60,348 bases of DNA from a virus. Taxonomy: Duplodnaviria; Caudoviricetes. This document shows, one piece after another, positions 1-10,118 of this stretch. The notes beneath the pieces are model-generated. The model did no database searches. It had not been told where the DNA came from and saw only the letters and a list, made by a program, of their open reading frames with translations. Both the position numbers and the translations under genes were made by a program. Each line of letters begins with the position of its first letter. Position 1 is the first letter of the stretch. The DNA is taken from IMG/VR virus record IMGVR_UViG_3300030606_000007, positions 1 through 60,348 of that record. One strand, 5' to 3'.

Positions 1-249
1 CCTCGTTCTCTCCGGCCGACGCCGGGACCAACTTCACCGAGGGCAGCCCCACCGATGTGGTGCTCACGCAAGCAAGCCTCGCGAATGCCGCGGGGAGGCA
101 GAGCACGAAGGCCGATCTCGGGGCCAACCGGGCCGCACGCTACGCGGTACACGCGGCCGTGGATTTCACCGACGAGACGCCGACGGCCGGCAACCGTGTC
201 GACTACTATTGGGCTCCGAGTCCGGTAGCGACCGCAGGCTCGGGCAACG
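1..249 (+). repeat. Terminal direct repeat, copy 1 (matches 60100-60348)
   Basis: 123-249 is identical to 60222-60348 (127 bp); 1-122 differs at 10 nt, all synonymous. Confidence 0.95.
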
Positions 250-521
250 TCGCCGGCAACTCAGGCGCGGACGGTGCCGCACCTGACGGCGCGCTCGGTA
301 CCATCACGCTCGCGGAGTTCTTGCTCCAGTGCGAGTTCATCGGCTCGCTCGTCGTACATGACGGCGCGAGCGTGCAGAACGGCTTCGTCGGCGTGCTCGT
401 TCCGACGACTCGTTACGGGCAGCTCATCGTGGTCAACAACTCGGGCGACGCCTTCGAGGCCGACGACGTGGAAATGGCTGTGTGGCTGACGCCCATGGTG
501 GACGACGTTGCGGCTAGCTAA
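3..521 (+). CDS. Virion/fibre-module protein, 3' part (gene starts at 60048 and wraps across the junction)
   Basis: Same frame as MPDITLEQGTQLRFCVTASF... at 60048; Ala/Gly/Thr/Asp-rich beta-type composition; in the fibre cluster. Confidence 0.75.
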   Translation, partial: SFSPADAGTNFTEGSPTDVVLTQASLANAAGRQSTKADLGANRAARYAVHAAVDFTDETPTAGNRVDYYWAPSPVATAGSGNVAGNSGADGAAPDGALGTITLAEFLLQCEFIGSLVVHDGASVQNGFVGVLVPTTRYGQLIVVNNSGDAFEADDVEMAVWLTPMVDDVAAS

Positions 522-2109
522 GCCCTCACGCTGGAACGTCCGTCGCGGGCTCGTCGTCCCGCGTGCGGCCGGCCTATGGAGGGGCCTCGGCTTCGTGCTG
601 CCGTGCTGGGAGGGCGGCGGCGTGCCGACCGACATCGTGGCGGGCGTCGGGGGCACCATCACGGGCACGGCGAGCAACTTCACGTGGGAGCCCGAAGCCC
701 CGGGCATCACCTACCGCCTCGCCAACGCCGCTACCGGCAACTACGCCTCGTACGGCCCGGCCGGCGGCTACGACCCCGGCGGCGATGAGATCACGGTCGC
801 GTGCCTGTGTACGCCGAGGGACTTCTTCGGCGAGGGCGCGAGCCGCTTCCCCGCCGACAACGCCGGAACCGCCAACACGAGCGGCTGGCGGCTCATCGCG
901 ATCGGCAGCTCGGAGGAGTTCCGCTGGAGGCTGCCGGCGGGCAACCTGAACATCGACACCTCGGGGTTCAGCTGGGCCGACGACGACGTGCTCCTGCTCG
1001 TGGGCCGCTACTTGGCACCTGACGGCACGCTCGACGCCTACAATCTCACCACGGGCGTCACTACGCACACGACCGGCTCGGCGGCGGGCGCGCTCGCCTC
1101 GACCGACCAGGCCATGCGCCTGTTCCACCCGACGGCTGCGGAGGGCGCCGCCGTGTGGGAGGGCTCGCTCGGCCTGCTTGCGGTCTGGGACAGGGACATA
1201 GGCAGACGCGCGGCGGACACACTCGCCGCGGACCCGTTCTGCCTGGTGCGCTACGGACGGAGTGCGCGCGTCGGTGTCCCGGCGGCGGCTGGCGACCCCG
1301 TCCTAACTGCCGAGTCCGGCACGTTCAACGTCACCGGCACGGCCGCCAACCTCGAACACCACCGCGTGCTAGACGCCGGGGCCGGTGCCTTCGCCGTAAC
1401 CGGTACTGCTGCCGGGCTTGTGCAGGACTTCGCGGTCGCGGGTGAGGCCGGCTCTTTCCTGGTCACGGGGACGGACGCGACGCTCACGGTGAGCGCCAAC
1501 GCCGTGCTCGCAGCCGACGCCGGAGCTTTCGCTGTCACCGGGACGGCCGCGAACCTCGAACAGCACTCCGTACTGGTTGCCGCGTCCGGTACGTTCGCGT
1601 GGACCGGCACCCAAGCCACGCTCATCTACGACTCGGTGGTCGAGGGCACGCCCGGTGCGTTCACGATTACCGGCACCGCTGCAACGCTCCGGCAAGGGTT
1701 CACGCTCGCTGCCGCTGCCGGAGCTTTCGCTATCACGGGCACGGACGCCGACCTCTTGCAGGACCGGCGTCTCGACGCCGCGGGTGGCACGTTCACCGTC
1801 GTGGGCACGGATGCCACGCTCACCGCGACCGGGGCAATCGAGCTCGTAGCGGACGGCGGAACCTTTGCCGTCACGGGTGCCGCTGCCGGGCTGTTCCAGG
1901 GCTATTCGCTGGACGCGGAAGCCGGAGCGTTTGGCGTCGCGGGCACCGTGGCGGGCCTGCTATACGGGCGACTGCTAGACGCCGAGGCGGGCGCCTACGC
2001 CTGGACCGGCACGGCTGCGACGCTATCGGTCGCTTCCGCCATCACACCCATCCCCAAGTACACGTTCGGCCCGATCACCATGTACCGCACCCTCGGACCC
2101 CAGGACTAG
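508..2109 (+). CDS. Fibre protein: N-terminal LamG/ConA-like domain plus 11 tandem ~22-aa repeats (LxAxxGxFxVTGTxAxL)
   Basis: Repeats visible from PVLTAESGTFNVTGTAANL to RLLDAEAGAYAWTGTAATL; LamG-like ending WEGSLGLLAVWDRDI. Confidence 0.8.
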   Translation: MRLAKPSRWNVRRGLVVPRAAGLWRGLGFVLPCWEGGGVPTDIVAGVGGTITGTASNFTWEPEAPGITYRLANAATGNYASYGPAGGYDPGGDEITVACLCTPRDFFGEGASRFPADNAGTANTSGWRLIAIGSSEEFRWRLPAGNLNIDTSGFSWADDDVLLLVGRYLAPDGTLDAYNLTTGVTTHTTGSAAGALASTDQAMRLFHPTAAEGAAVWEGSLGLLAVWDRDIGRRAADTLAADPFCLVRYGRSARVGVPAAAGDPVLTAESGTFNVTGTAANLEHHRVLDAGAGAFAVTGTAAGLVQDFAVAGEAGSFLVTGTDATLTVSANAVLAADAGAFAVTGTAANLEQHSVLVAASGTFAWTGTQATLIYDSVVEGTPGAFTITGTAATLRQGFTLAAAAGAFAITGTDADLLQDRRLDAAGGTFTVVGTDATLTATGAIELVADGGTFAVTGAAAGLFQGYSLDAEAGAFGVAGTVAGLLYGRLLDAEAGAYAWTGTAATLSVASAITPIPKYTFGPITMYRTLGPQD

Positions 2110-2119
2110 GAGCACCACG

Positions 2120-2485
2120 ATGGCACGCAGGCTAGTCTGGCTCATGTCCGGCGGCGAGACGCTACCGCTCGCTCAGAGCCTACGCGGCGACATGGAGACG
2201 TCCGACACGCTCACGGGCGAGACTCCGGTGGTCGAGGTCCACCAGAAGCAGGGCGGCTCCTACGTGGACGTGACGGTCTCGAAGAACTTCACCGTCGCGA
2301 GCGTTGCCGTGAACACCGCGGAACTCACCGACCACAAGGGCAACGCCATCGCCATCGGGGACGGCGTGCAATTCAAGTTGACCGCCGGAGACGTGGGCGA
2401 GTACAAGGTCCGCATCAAGTGCCCCTCGTCGGATGGCCTGCGGCCTATCGCGGAGGTGGACCTGATCGTCGGGGACACCGTGTAG
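2120..2485 (+). CDS. Small Ig-like virion protein, putative fibre adaptor
   Basis: RBS AGGAG; alternating beta pattern (VQFKLTAGDVGEYKVRIKCPSSDG); last gene of the fibre cluster. Confidence 0.55.
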   Translation: MARRLVWLMSGGETLPLAQSLRGDMETSDTLTGETPVVEVHQKQGGSYVDVTVSKNFTVASVAVNTAELTDHKGNAIAIGDGVQFKLTAGDVGEYKVRIKCPSSDGLRPIAEVDLIVGDTV

Positions 2486-2520
2486 GCCAGGAGCTGAGCT
2501 ACACCACCATCCCGAGCCCC

Positions 2521-3129
2521 CTACTCGAACGAGTACCCGAACCTCGCCAGATCATCCGCGAACCGCCGCGTGACGATCTCGACGGCGCCCGAGTCGTACA
2601 TCGTCCGGTAGTCGCCCCTGGACGAGCGCTTGAGATGCGGAAGCTTCACATCCCTACCGAGCGCTTCGCACACCCGCGAGAAGTCCTCGCCGAGTGACTC
2701 GAACCGTCCGACGAAGCGCACGACCATCTCCTTGTTCTCGTCCGTCAGCCAATCGGTCTGCGCCATGAACATCTTCGGCTGGTCGTAGTAGCGCGGGTCC
2801 TGCTCATCGTAGGCGAGCCGCACCCATTCGTTGAAGCCGACGGGACGTTCCCCGAGCCCGGTCTGATTCGTCTGCACCCGGTAGGCGTAATGCGAGGCCA
2901 CCTTGTCCCACGGGTTGCGGACGAACGAGAAGCTAAACCGCTTTTTCCACTGCCTGCGTCCGATCTCTTCCAGTACTTCCTTGGCCGTCTGGAGACGGTG
3001 CGGGATGCCAAGCGCCCGCTTGATGGAAGTCCCGCCCGTCTTGTTGATGTGGATGAAGAGGAAGTCGGGAAGGCCGTGTCCGGTCAAGCGGGCCCGGTGC
3101 CTGCGAATCCTCGTTTTCAGCGCGATCAT
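2521..3129 (-). CDS. Sulfotransferase (Sulfotransfer_2-like), moron
   Basis: 5'-PSB motif FIHINKTGGTSI, 3'-PB motif FSFVRNPWDKVASHY, VGRFESL, C-terminal DLARFGY. Confidence 0.9.
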   Translation of the reverse strand: MIALKTRIRRHRARLTGHGLPDFLFIHINKTGGTSIKRALGIPHRLQTAKEVLEEIGRRQWKKRFSFSFVRNPWDKVASHYAYRVQTNQTGLGERPVGFNEWVRLAYDEQDPRYYDQPKMFMAQTDWLTDENKEMVVRFVGRFESLGEDFSRVCEALGRDVKLPHLKRSSRGDYRTMYDSGAVEIVTRRFADDLARFGYSFE

Positions 3130-3349
3130 TCGGCACTCTCGCGGTTGGGATAAGCGCCCCAAAGTAACATGCGGGAGCGGGCGGCGCGGGAGGGGGACCG
3201 GCGGCGGCCCGAAGCACCAGTCTCGCCTGCCCGACCGGGGTCCTTCGAGATTAAAGGTTGCTTGTTCACGGCTGCGTGACCCATCATGCAATAGGGGTCG
3301 GGGGGGCTCCGTCTCACAGCCTGCCAATCCCTGCCGGGAGTCCCGCCAG

Positions 3350-3595
3350 ATGCCCGAGCCGCGAATCGCCGCCCGCTACGTGCTCGACCGAAGTACGCCG
3401 CCCGAGATCAGGGAGGAGTTGGCGAGGAGGCTGGGGGCGCGGGAGGGCGACTCGATAGCCCTGTGGTCGGATGGGGTGGTGACGCTCGCGCGCATGGCCT
3501 CCGACGATGACGCCCGGGCCATGCTGCCTAGTCTCTGTCGCGAGCGAGCCGGTGGACCTGATCGACGCGCGGGTCACCTTCGGTTGGTGGAGTAG
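3350..3595 (+). CDS. Small hypothetical protein
   Basis: ATG after GGGAG; protein-like composition ending HLRLVE; overlaps the 3' end of the repressor gene convergently. Confidence 0.45.
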   Translation: MPEPRIAARYVLDRSTPPEIREELARRLGAREGDSIALWSDGVVTLARMASDDDARAMLPSLCRERAGGPDRRAGHLRLVE

Positions 3596-3974
3596 CGGCA
3601 CCCTGAAGCGCACGGCGCACCTCTAGCGCCGCCTCCAGGTCGTCGACGGTTCCCCTCATTTCGCGGACGGCCCGCTCCAGGCCCCACAGCACCCCCGGAT
3701 CCGGCAACGAGGCAATTGCTTCACGGACGGCGACGTTCGGGCCACGCGTCGGCACCGGCTTGTCCAAGAGCTTCCGCCACCCGGTAACGGTAGGCGGCGT
3801 CACGCCCAAGGCCAACGCTAAGTGCTTGTCCTGAAAGCGGCTGTCCGCGTCCTTCAACGCGTCGAAGCGGGCGACGAGCGACCGCAGGGCCTCCACCGGG
3901 TCGCGCGCCCTCGCATCATCAGGCTTGACAGACGTAATTAAGTCTCCGTAAGTTGCCAGAGTCACGAGGCCCAT
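3528..3974 (-). CDS. HTH protein, putative immunity repressor (start uncertain)
   Basis: HTH-like QDKHLALALGVTPPTVTGWRK; divergent from the HTH gene at 4000. Confidence 0.6.
   Translation of the reverse strand: MGLVTLATYGDLITSVKPDDARARDPVEALRSLVARFDALKDADSRFQDKHLALALGVTPPTVTGWRKLLDKPVPTRGPNVAVREAIASLPDPGVLWGLERAVREMRGTVDDLEAALEVRRALQGAATPPTEGDPRVDQVHRLARDRD
3925..3954 (+). promoter_or_regulatory. Sigma70-type rightward early promoter
   Basis: TTGACA-N18-TAAGTT in an AT-rich patch with repeated TTAAG words (possible operators) upstream of 4000. Confidence 0.65.
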
Positions 3975-3999
3975 TAAGGCCTCTTAAGCCCTCTGGAGA

Positions 4000-4233
4000 A
4001 TGAGCGGAGACATGGCCGATAGCAACCACGCGGACCGGCTGTGGACGGCGGATGAGGTCGCGGCGTTCGTCGGCCTCCACGTCCAAACCGTGTACGCGAA
4101 GGCGAACGCGGGGGAAATCCCGTCCATCAAGCTCGGAAACCGCCGTCGGTTCCGGGTCCGAGACGTTGAGGCCTGGATCGAAGCCCAATCGGCTGCCGAG
4201 CCCGAGCCCGTGACGATCGAGGGGGAAGGCTGA
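4000..4233 (+). CDS. Excisionase/AlpA-like HTH (HTH_17) DNA-binding protein, Cro-position gene
   Basis: LWTADEVAAFVGLHVQTVYAKANAGEIPSIKLGNRRRF. Confidence 0.85.
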   Translation: MSGDMADSNHADRLWTADEVAAFVGLHVQTVYAKANAGEIPSIKLGNRRRFRVRDVEAWIEAQSAAEPEPVTIEGEG

Positions 4234-5408
4234 TGGCCGACCAAACCATTGATGTCGCCATCGGCGATGTCGAGATCCGCGACCGTCATCGGAAGGATCT
4301 CGGAGACCTGGGCGGACTCGCGGCCTCGATCGAGGACGTGGGCCTCCTGCAACCGATCGTCCTGACTTCGTCGCTCCGACTCGTTGCTGGCCACCGCCGC
4401 TTGGAGGCGTGCCGGAAGCTCGGCTGGAAGCGCATCGCCGCCGTGGTCGCGAGCACGCTGGACGACGCCCGCCGGATGCTCGTCGCCGAGTACGACGAGA
4501 ACACGCAGCGTCTGGAGCCGAGCCTGTTGGAGAAGGTGTCGATCGGCGTGGCCATCGAGGCGGTAGAGCAGCCGAAGGCGAAGGAGCGGCAAGCGGCTGC
4601 GGGACCGAGCGAGGGGCGAGGCAAGAAGACCGGTCCGGGAAAAATTCCCGAACCGGTCGGCACCGGCCGCGTCCGCGACATCGTGGGCGAGGCGGTGAAG
4701 ATGTCGGGCAAGTCGTACCAGCGCGCCAAGGCCGTGGTCCAGGCCGCCACTGACGACACCCTCGCGCCCGAGGTGAGGGCGGTTGCCACGGAGGCGCTTA
4801 GCGACATGGAGACGACCGGCAAGGTCGCGCCCGCATACAAGAAGCTCTGTGCCGCGAAACAGGCCGCCAAGGCCGCCGCCGCGACGAACGGCAAGCCTGC
4901 CAAGAAGAAGGCCGGTGCGAGGCGGAAGGCTGTGCAGGGAGAGAGTGTGGAATCCCGCACGCGCCGCGCGATGGCGATAGGCGGCGACGGCAACGAAGCC
5001 CGCAAGACCGTGGGCCTTCCGCAATCCACGTACAAGGAATCCCGGTACCTCGTCCTGTTGGCCGACGCCGAGCTTGACGGCGCGGACCGTTCCGCCGCCT
5101 CAGCCGCCCTCGCGGCGATGAATGAGGACGGGCACACGGGCCGCGCGTATCCGATGGTTGAGCGGCTGGTCAACGCGATGTGGGGGGCACCCACGGAACG
5201 CTCCCGCGCCAGGCCCGACAGGCTGGCGACGAGCCGCAAGAAGGATTTCGAGCGCGCATACGATGCAGTCGTGCATATCTGCACGTGCGCTGCCGCCATC
5301 ACGATTCCGCTCCTGTCCCTAGAAGATCGAGAGCGTTGCGTCTCCGAGCTCGACGCTGCCGCAGACCAGGTCCGTGCATTTCGCGATCGCATCAAGGAGG
5401 CCGTGTGA
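4233..5408 (+). CDS. ParB N-terminal domain protein
   Basis: LAASIEDVGLLQPIVL...LVAGHRRLEAC...ENTQR; HTH-like VGEAVKMSGKSYQRAK. Confidence 0.88.
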   Translation: MADQTIDVAIGDVEIRDRHRKDLGDLGGLAASIEDVGLLQPIVLTSSLRLVAGHRRLEACRKLGWKRIAAVVASTLDDARRMLVAEYDENTQRLEPSLLEKVSIGVAIEAVEQPKAKERQAAAGPSEGRGKKTGPGKIPEPVGTGRVRDIVGEAVKMSGKSYQRAKAVVQAATDDTLAPEVRAVATEALSDMETTGKVAPAYKKLCAAKQAAKAAAATNGKPAKKKAGARRKAVQGESVESRTRRAMAIGGDGNEARKTVGLPQSTYKESRYLVLLADAELDGADRSAASAALAAMNEDGHTGRAYPMVERLVNAMWGAPTERSRARPDRLATSRKKDFERAYDAVVHICTCAAAITIPLLSLEDRERCVSELDAAADQVRAFRDRIKEAV

Positions 5409-6199
5409 GCCAGATGAAGCAGAAGGATTACCCGATCAAGTGGATTGCTCTGAATCGGCTGAGCGTCGTGTGGCTGGACGCCCAACGTCCGCTGAACCTC
5501 CGCGAAGCGCGACGAATCGCGGACAACTTCGACCCCGACGCAATGGACCCCCTGACCGTCACGGTCGCGGACGGTAACGGCATACATCACATCATCGACG
5601 GCCAGACCCGACACGCAGCCGTTCGCCTGCTGTGGGACGATGACAGCCAGCGCGTGCCGTGCCGGGTGCTCGACACGAAGTCCCGGCAGGAGGCCGCGAA
5701 TATCTGGTTGACCATGAACAGGGGTCACAAGACACCCAAGGCCATCGAGACGTTCTTGATCGCGGAGACAGCGGGCAGGCCGGACGAAGTCGCCATCGGC
5801 CAGATCGTGAGAGAGATGGGGTTCAGGATCGGCCTGGACTCACGGGAAGGCTTCATCGCAGCCGTCGGTGCCCTACTGACTGTCTTCCGCAGGCACGGAG
5901 AGTTCGGCCTCAGGTGGGCGCTCAGCACCATCGAAGACACGTGGGGGCGCGACAGAGACGCGTACCAGGGCGGCATCATCCAGGCGTATGCCGAGCTACT
6001 CGGCAAGCATGAGTCGGTCATCGACCGCAAGAGGCTCGTGAAGGTCGTGGAAAAGCAGTACACCCCCGGCCGCCTGCTGGGTAAGGCGAAGGCCGTGCGG
6101 GAAGCGTACAAGGGCACGTTGCCGGCGAACGTGGTGACCATTCTTGAGGCAACGTACAACCAAAACCTGCGCACCGGTGCCAGGCTCGAAGACGCATGA
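5405..6199 (+). CDS. ParB/sulfiredoxin-fold protein (DUF6551-like)
   Basis: AQRPLN...IADNFDP...HHIIDGQTRHAA motif. Confidence 0.7.
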   Translation: MSQMKQKDYPIKWIALNRLSVVWLDAQRPLNLREARRIADNFDPDAMDPLTVTVADGNGIHHIIDGQTRHAAVRLLWDDDSQRVPCRVLDTKSRQEAANIWLTMNRGHKTPKAIETFLIAETAGRPDEVAIGQIVREMGFRIGLDSREGFIAAVGALLTVFRRHGEFGLRWALSTIEDTWGRDRDAYQGGIIQAYAELLGKHESVIDRKRLVKVVEKQYTPGRLLGKAKAVREAYKGTLPANVVTILEATYNQNLRTGARLEDA

Positions 6200-6990
6200 G
6201 CACCGCCCTCACCGAGCCCCAGCGCCGGAAGCTGAACGACCTGGAGTCGATCATCGAGAAGGGGCTGACAACCTTCGTCGAGGTGGGTGCCGCACTCGCC
6301 ATCATCCGCGAGCAGAAGCTGTACACAGGGGCGTACTCGACTTTCGAGGCGTACTGCCGGGCCAAGTGGGACTGGACCGAGCGCCGCGCCCGCCAGCTGA
6401 TCGCATCCTCCGAGGTCGTCACGAGCATGGGCGACACCGGAAAAATTCTTCCGCCGACGAAGGAGTCGCACGCGGTCGCGATGGCCGACGTTCCCGCCGA
6501 GAAGCGGGCCGGAGTCTGGACGAAGGCGGTCAAGGAGTCCGGCGGCAAGCCGAAGGCGAAGGACGTTCGCCGCGCCGCCGCACCGCACAAGCCTCCCGCC
6601 AAGCAGAAGTCCCGCGAACAGGAAATGCGCGAGCAGCGGGAACGCGACGTAGCCGAACGTGAGCGCGCCGCCAGGGCCGCACGCAAGGCAGATGAAGCCA
6701 CCAAGACCGAAGGGGGTGATGCACCTGATCGAGGACAACACACTCCCACCGATGTGACTGTGGGGGAGTCGGGCGAGCCCGGGTTGGGAGTTCCCGGCCG
6801 AAGTGGTACTCGCGAGTCGTCCGGCTCCCCTACTTCCGACAAGGACGAACGCCTCCCGTACCTACTGACTGCCGAAAGCGCACTCGCGCACGCAGCGTCG
6901 TTCCGAGGACTCGGCCAGTCGGCCGTGCAGGATGCGTTGGACAGGGTGCGCGAGGTTGTCGAGCTGCTGCGCAACGAGGAGGCCGCGTGA
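6196..6990 (+). CDS. Phage protein with conserved N-terminal helical domain
   Basis: FVEVGAALAIIREQKLY...YSTFEAYCRAKW, a motif common in phage early genes. Confidence 0.65.
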   Translation: MSTALTEPQRRKLNDLESIIEKGLTTFVEVGAALAIIREQKLYTGAYSTFEAYCRAKWDWTERRARQLIASSEVVTSMGDTGKILPPTKESHAVAMADVPAEKRAGVWTKAVKESGGKPKAKDVRRAAAPHKPPAKQKSREQEMREQRERDVAERERAARAARKADEATKTEGGDAPDRGQHTPTDVTVGESGEPGLGVPGRSGTRESSGSPTSDKDERLPYLLTAESALAHAASFRGLGQSAVQDALDRVREVVELLRNEEAA

Positions 6991-7268
6991 CGCACCGGGG
7001 CCCAGGGCACCACGCATACAGGCACGGGCGTAGGGTGACCCGTCCGTCCTGGGGCATCGCGTGCCCTGAGTGCGATGACCTGCACAGCCGCGTGCTTGAT
7101 ACGCGCCAGCGCCAGAAGCGCATGATCTACCGGCGCCGCGAGTGCCCGAACGGTCATCGCTATTCGACGCTCGAAGGAGTGGCGGAGTCCCGCAAGCGGA
7201 ACCTCGGCGTCGGCCATCGCAAGGACATCGCAGACCGGCTGGATGAAGTCCTGGGAGGCACGTCATGA
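6987..7268 (+). CDS. NrdR-like N-terminal zinc-ribbon protein (no ATP cone)
   Basis: CPEC...SRVLDTR...YRRRECPNGHRYSTLE. Confidence 0.75.
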   Translation: MTHRGPGHHAYRHGRRVTRPSWGIACPECDDLHSRVLDTRQRQKRMIYRRRECPNGHRYSTLEGVAESRKRNLGVGHRKDIADRLDEVLGGTS

Positions 7269-10118
7269 CCCCCGACGCACTCCATGCCCACACCCGCGCA
7301 GCAGCCAAGGCCGACGCACGCAAGCTCTGGACGATGGCTCTGGAGGACGAGCGCAGGCGCAAGGCGGACCGGAGAAAGGGCGACAGACGGGCCCAGGACC
7401 ACACGCGCATCATCGTCATCCCGCCGCTCGACTGCCAGCCTGGGGGCACCTACGCCGACATGGTGGAGGACACTGAGCACGCTGATGAGCCTGAGACGGA
7501 GGAGGAGTGAGATGGCGGGACATACGAAGGGGGAGTGGGAGGTCGCGTGGTACTCGGGCGTAGGCTCGGACATCCCGTATGCGGCTGTGATCTCCAGTCC
7601 CCGCCGGACCATCGCGCAATTCAACATCGACCTCACCGCGCGTGAGGAGTGCGAGGCCAACGCCCGCCTGATAGCCGCCGCGCCGGACCTACTGGAAGCA
7701 CTGCGGGCGTGCCACGCCATGCTCAATGGCGAGACGGACCGGCAGGCCGACGACGACACGACGGAAATGGTCCTCGCTGCCATCGCGAAGGCCACCGGAA
7801 CCGAGGTCCCCGCATGAGCCCCGTGGTGGAGCGCGCGCAAGGCTACTGGACCTGTGACGGCGAAATCCGCCACGCCGATGACTTCGACGACGGCGTACCC
7901 GACTACTGGGAGCCGGTGACGCACTGCGGCTGGTGCTACCGAGAGATGGACGACAACGAGTCCTCGTTCCACGCCGGCTGTGTCGATGTGGCTCGGGCTC
8001 ACGGTCAGATAGAGCAAGCGAGGCTCGACGCGCTGGTGGAGGAAGGTCGGTGAGCATGACTACGGATAGCGCGCAGGTTGCGGAACGCGCCACCAATTCC
8101 ACGCACGAACGTTACCCGAAGGAGGGCTGAATGAGCGTCAAGCGAGACAAGCGGAAGAAAGCGTTGGCCGAGAAGAAGGCCAGGAAGCGCGCCGGCTTCA
8201 AGCGGCCCGGCAAGAGCAAGTACGCGCTCAAGAAGCGGGCGCAGGGCAACGGCAAGTACAGCCCGCGCTCCCCGTTCCGCGTCGAAGTCACCGTGACCGA
8301 AACGGACGAAGCCGCATGAGCACCCTACGCCGCACCCACCCGCGCTACGCCGACCAACTGCGCAAGGACTCGGCCAAGGCCCTGGCTTCCACGGCACGCA
8401 TGGGCAAGATCCGCGCTCAGGTGTTCGGGCTCTGCCCTTCGGACGAGAGCCGTCAGGTGAACGCCAGGACACCGGGCGTGGTCGGTCGGTTCTACGAGTA
8501 CGTGGCGGCCGCCGTGCTGGAGGACAAGGCCGACGCGGGTGAGCTCATCGCGCGTGCGATGGTCGTAGCCGAGGAAGCCGCGTACACGCTCGGTCAGGAC
8601 GAGTGCAAGCGCCGCTGGCTACGCGCGTGTGCTCAGGAGCAGGTCTTCCAGACGAACGAGGACCTGACGACGCACGACGCGCTGATAGCGGTCCTGGAGG
8701 AAGCTGAGCGCGAGCGCGAAGCCCTGGAGGCTCAGGACGACGCGCTGTGCTCTGAGAACGGCGTCCACTTCGATGTCATCATCTACAACCGGGCGTACCG
8801 GCAGCATCGCGGGTGGCGTGTCGGGCCGGGGGAGCGGAAGTGAGCGCGACCGAGAAGTGGGTGCTCGACCCGCCCGAGGAGCAGAACATCCTGTACGGCG
8901 GCTACCACGTCATCTACACCGGCAAATCGAACAACTCCCGCATCACCGGCTTCATGACGGATGAGGAGGCGCATCTGATAGCCGCCGCACCTCCCCTGTA
9001 CGAGGCGGCGGAACTGATCTGTGACCTGCTGGAGCGAGACGAACAGATCCGGCACGGCGAGATCCGCAAGCTCCGCGCTGCTCTGTCTGCCGCCCGGCCC
9101 GCACCCACGACAGCCACGGAGGCGAAGTAGATGAGTGAGCGAACCGGCACGACGATATCGTGCGACCGCTACGAGTGTGACAGCACCGCCTACGGTAAGG
9201 CCGAGGATGAGGCGAGGGCGGACGCCCGCGAGCGAGGGTGGGAGCGGACTGAGGACGGTCGCGACTTCTGCCGGCAGTGTGTGGAAATTCGGGCGCGCCG
9301 CAAGAAGGTCGCGGACTTGGTGCCCAAGGGAGTGCGGCTGCTGACCCCGTTCGAGGCGGCGGAAGCTGCGGGCTTCGAGAAGCGCGACTACGACGAGAAG
9401 GAGGGCGTCGCGCACTTCTACTGCTGCGGCACCGAGGTCGACGTGTCGGCCCTCATCGGCACGCCCTACGGCGCTCGCTGCACCATCTGCGCAAACGCCA
9501 TCGCGGACGTGCTCGGACCGAGTTTCGGCAACGGCCACGTCGCGATGGCCGACCCCGACAAGGTGGACACCGAGGACCCGCGCAGTTGGGTGGTCGTCAA
9601 AGAGTACGAGGCCCTGTGCAGCACGGAGCGCACTCCATGACCGCCCTCGGCGCCCCACTCCTCCACGACGCCACCGACAACAGGATGGCCACGTACGCCC
9701 GAGTCTCGGCACGTGCTGAGGTCGAGAGGCTGATGTACGAGTGCGAGCGGGCAGCGGTGCAGGTCGTCCGGACGAAGTACGCTGGCGAGGTCGAACACGC
9801 CGAAGCGAATGCCCGGTACGCGGCTCTGCTCAAGGCGCGGGCTGAGGCGCTGGACAGGATGAGCGGGAGGGAGAGGTGAGCGACTGGTGGATGGAGGATC
9901 CCGGCTCGTGCGAGGACTGCGGAGAGTCCTACGAGTGGGTGCGGCCCGGCAAGTCCCAACCAACGTGCCGGTGCGACGCGATCTGCCCCACCCACGGGCC
10001 TGAGAAGATCGTCTACCACGGGCCGGGGGAGTTCGCTGCCATCACCGGCTACTTTTGCGCCGACTGCGCTGACGAGTCGGGTTGGCCCAGGCCAGCACCC
10101 GACCCGGAGGCAACGTGA
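7265..10118 (+). other. Array of small coupled hypothetical genes (7265-7510, 7512-7817, 7814-8053, 8131-8319, 8316-8843, 8840-9130, 9131-9640, 9637-9879, 9876-10118)
   Basis: Overlapping stop/start junctions (ATGA/GTGA) with GGAG RBSs; two carry the phage LIAAAP motif; several Cys-rich. Confidence 0.7.
9839..9881 (+). repeat. 43-bp exact direct repeat, copy 1
   Basis: GGGCTGAGGCGCTGGACAGGATGAGCGGGAGGGAGAGGTGAGC, identical at 10626-10668. Confidence 0.95.

Noticed and set aside
1-122. Diversity-generating retroelement TR/VR pair suggested by the imperfect terminal repeat
   Set aside because: Differences are synonymous and not confined to adenines, and no reverse transcriptase is encoded
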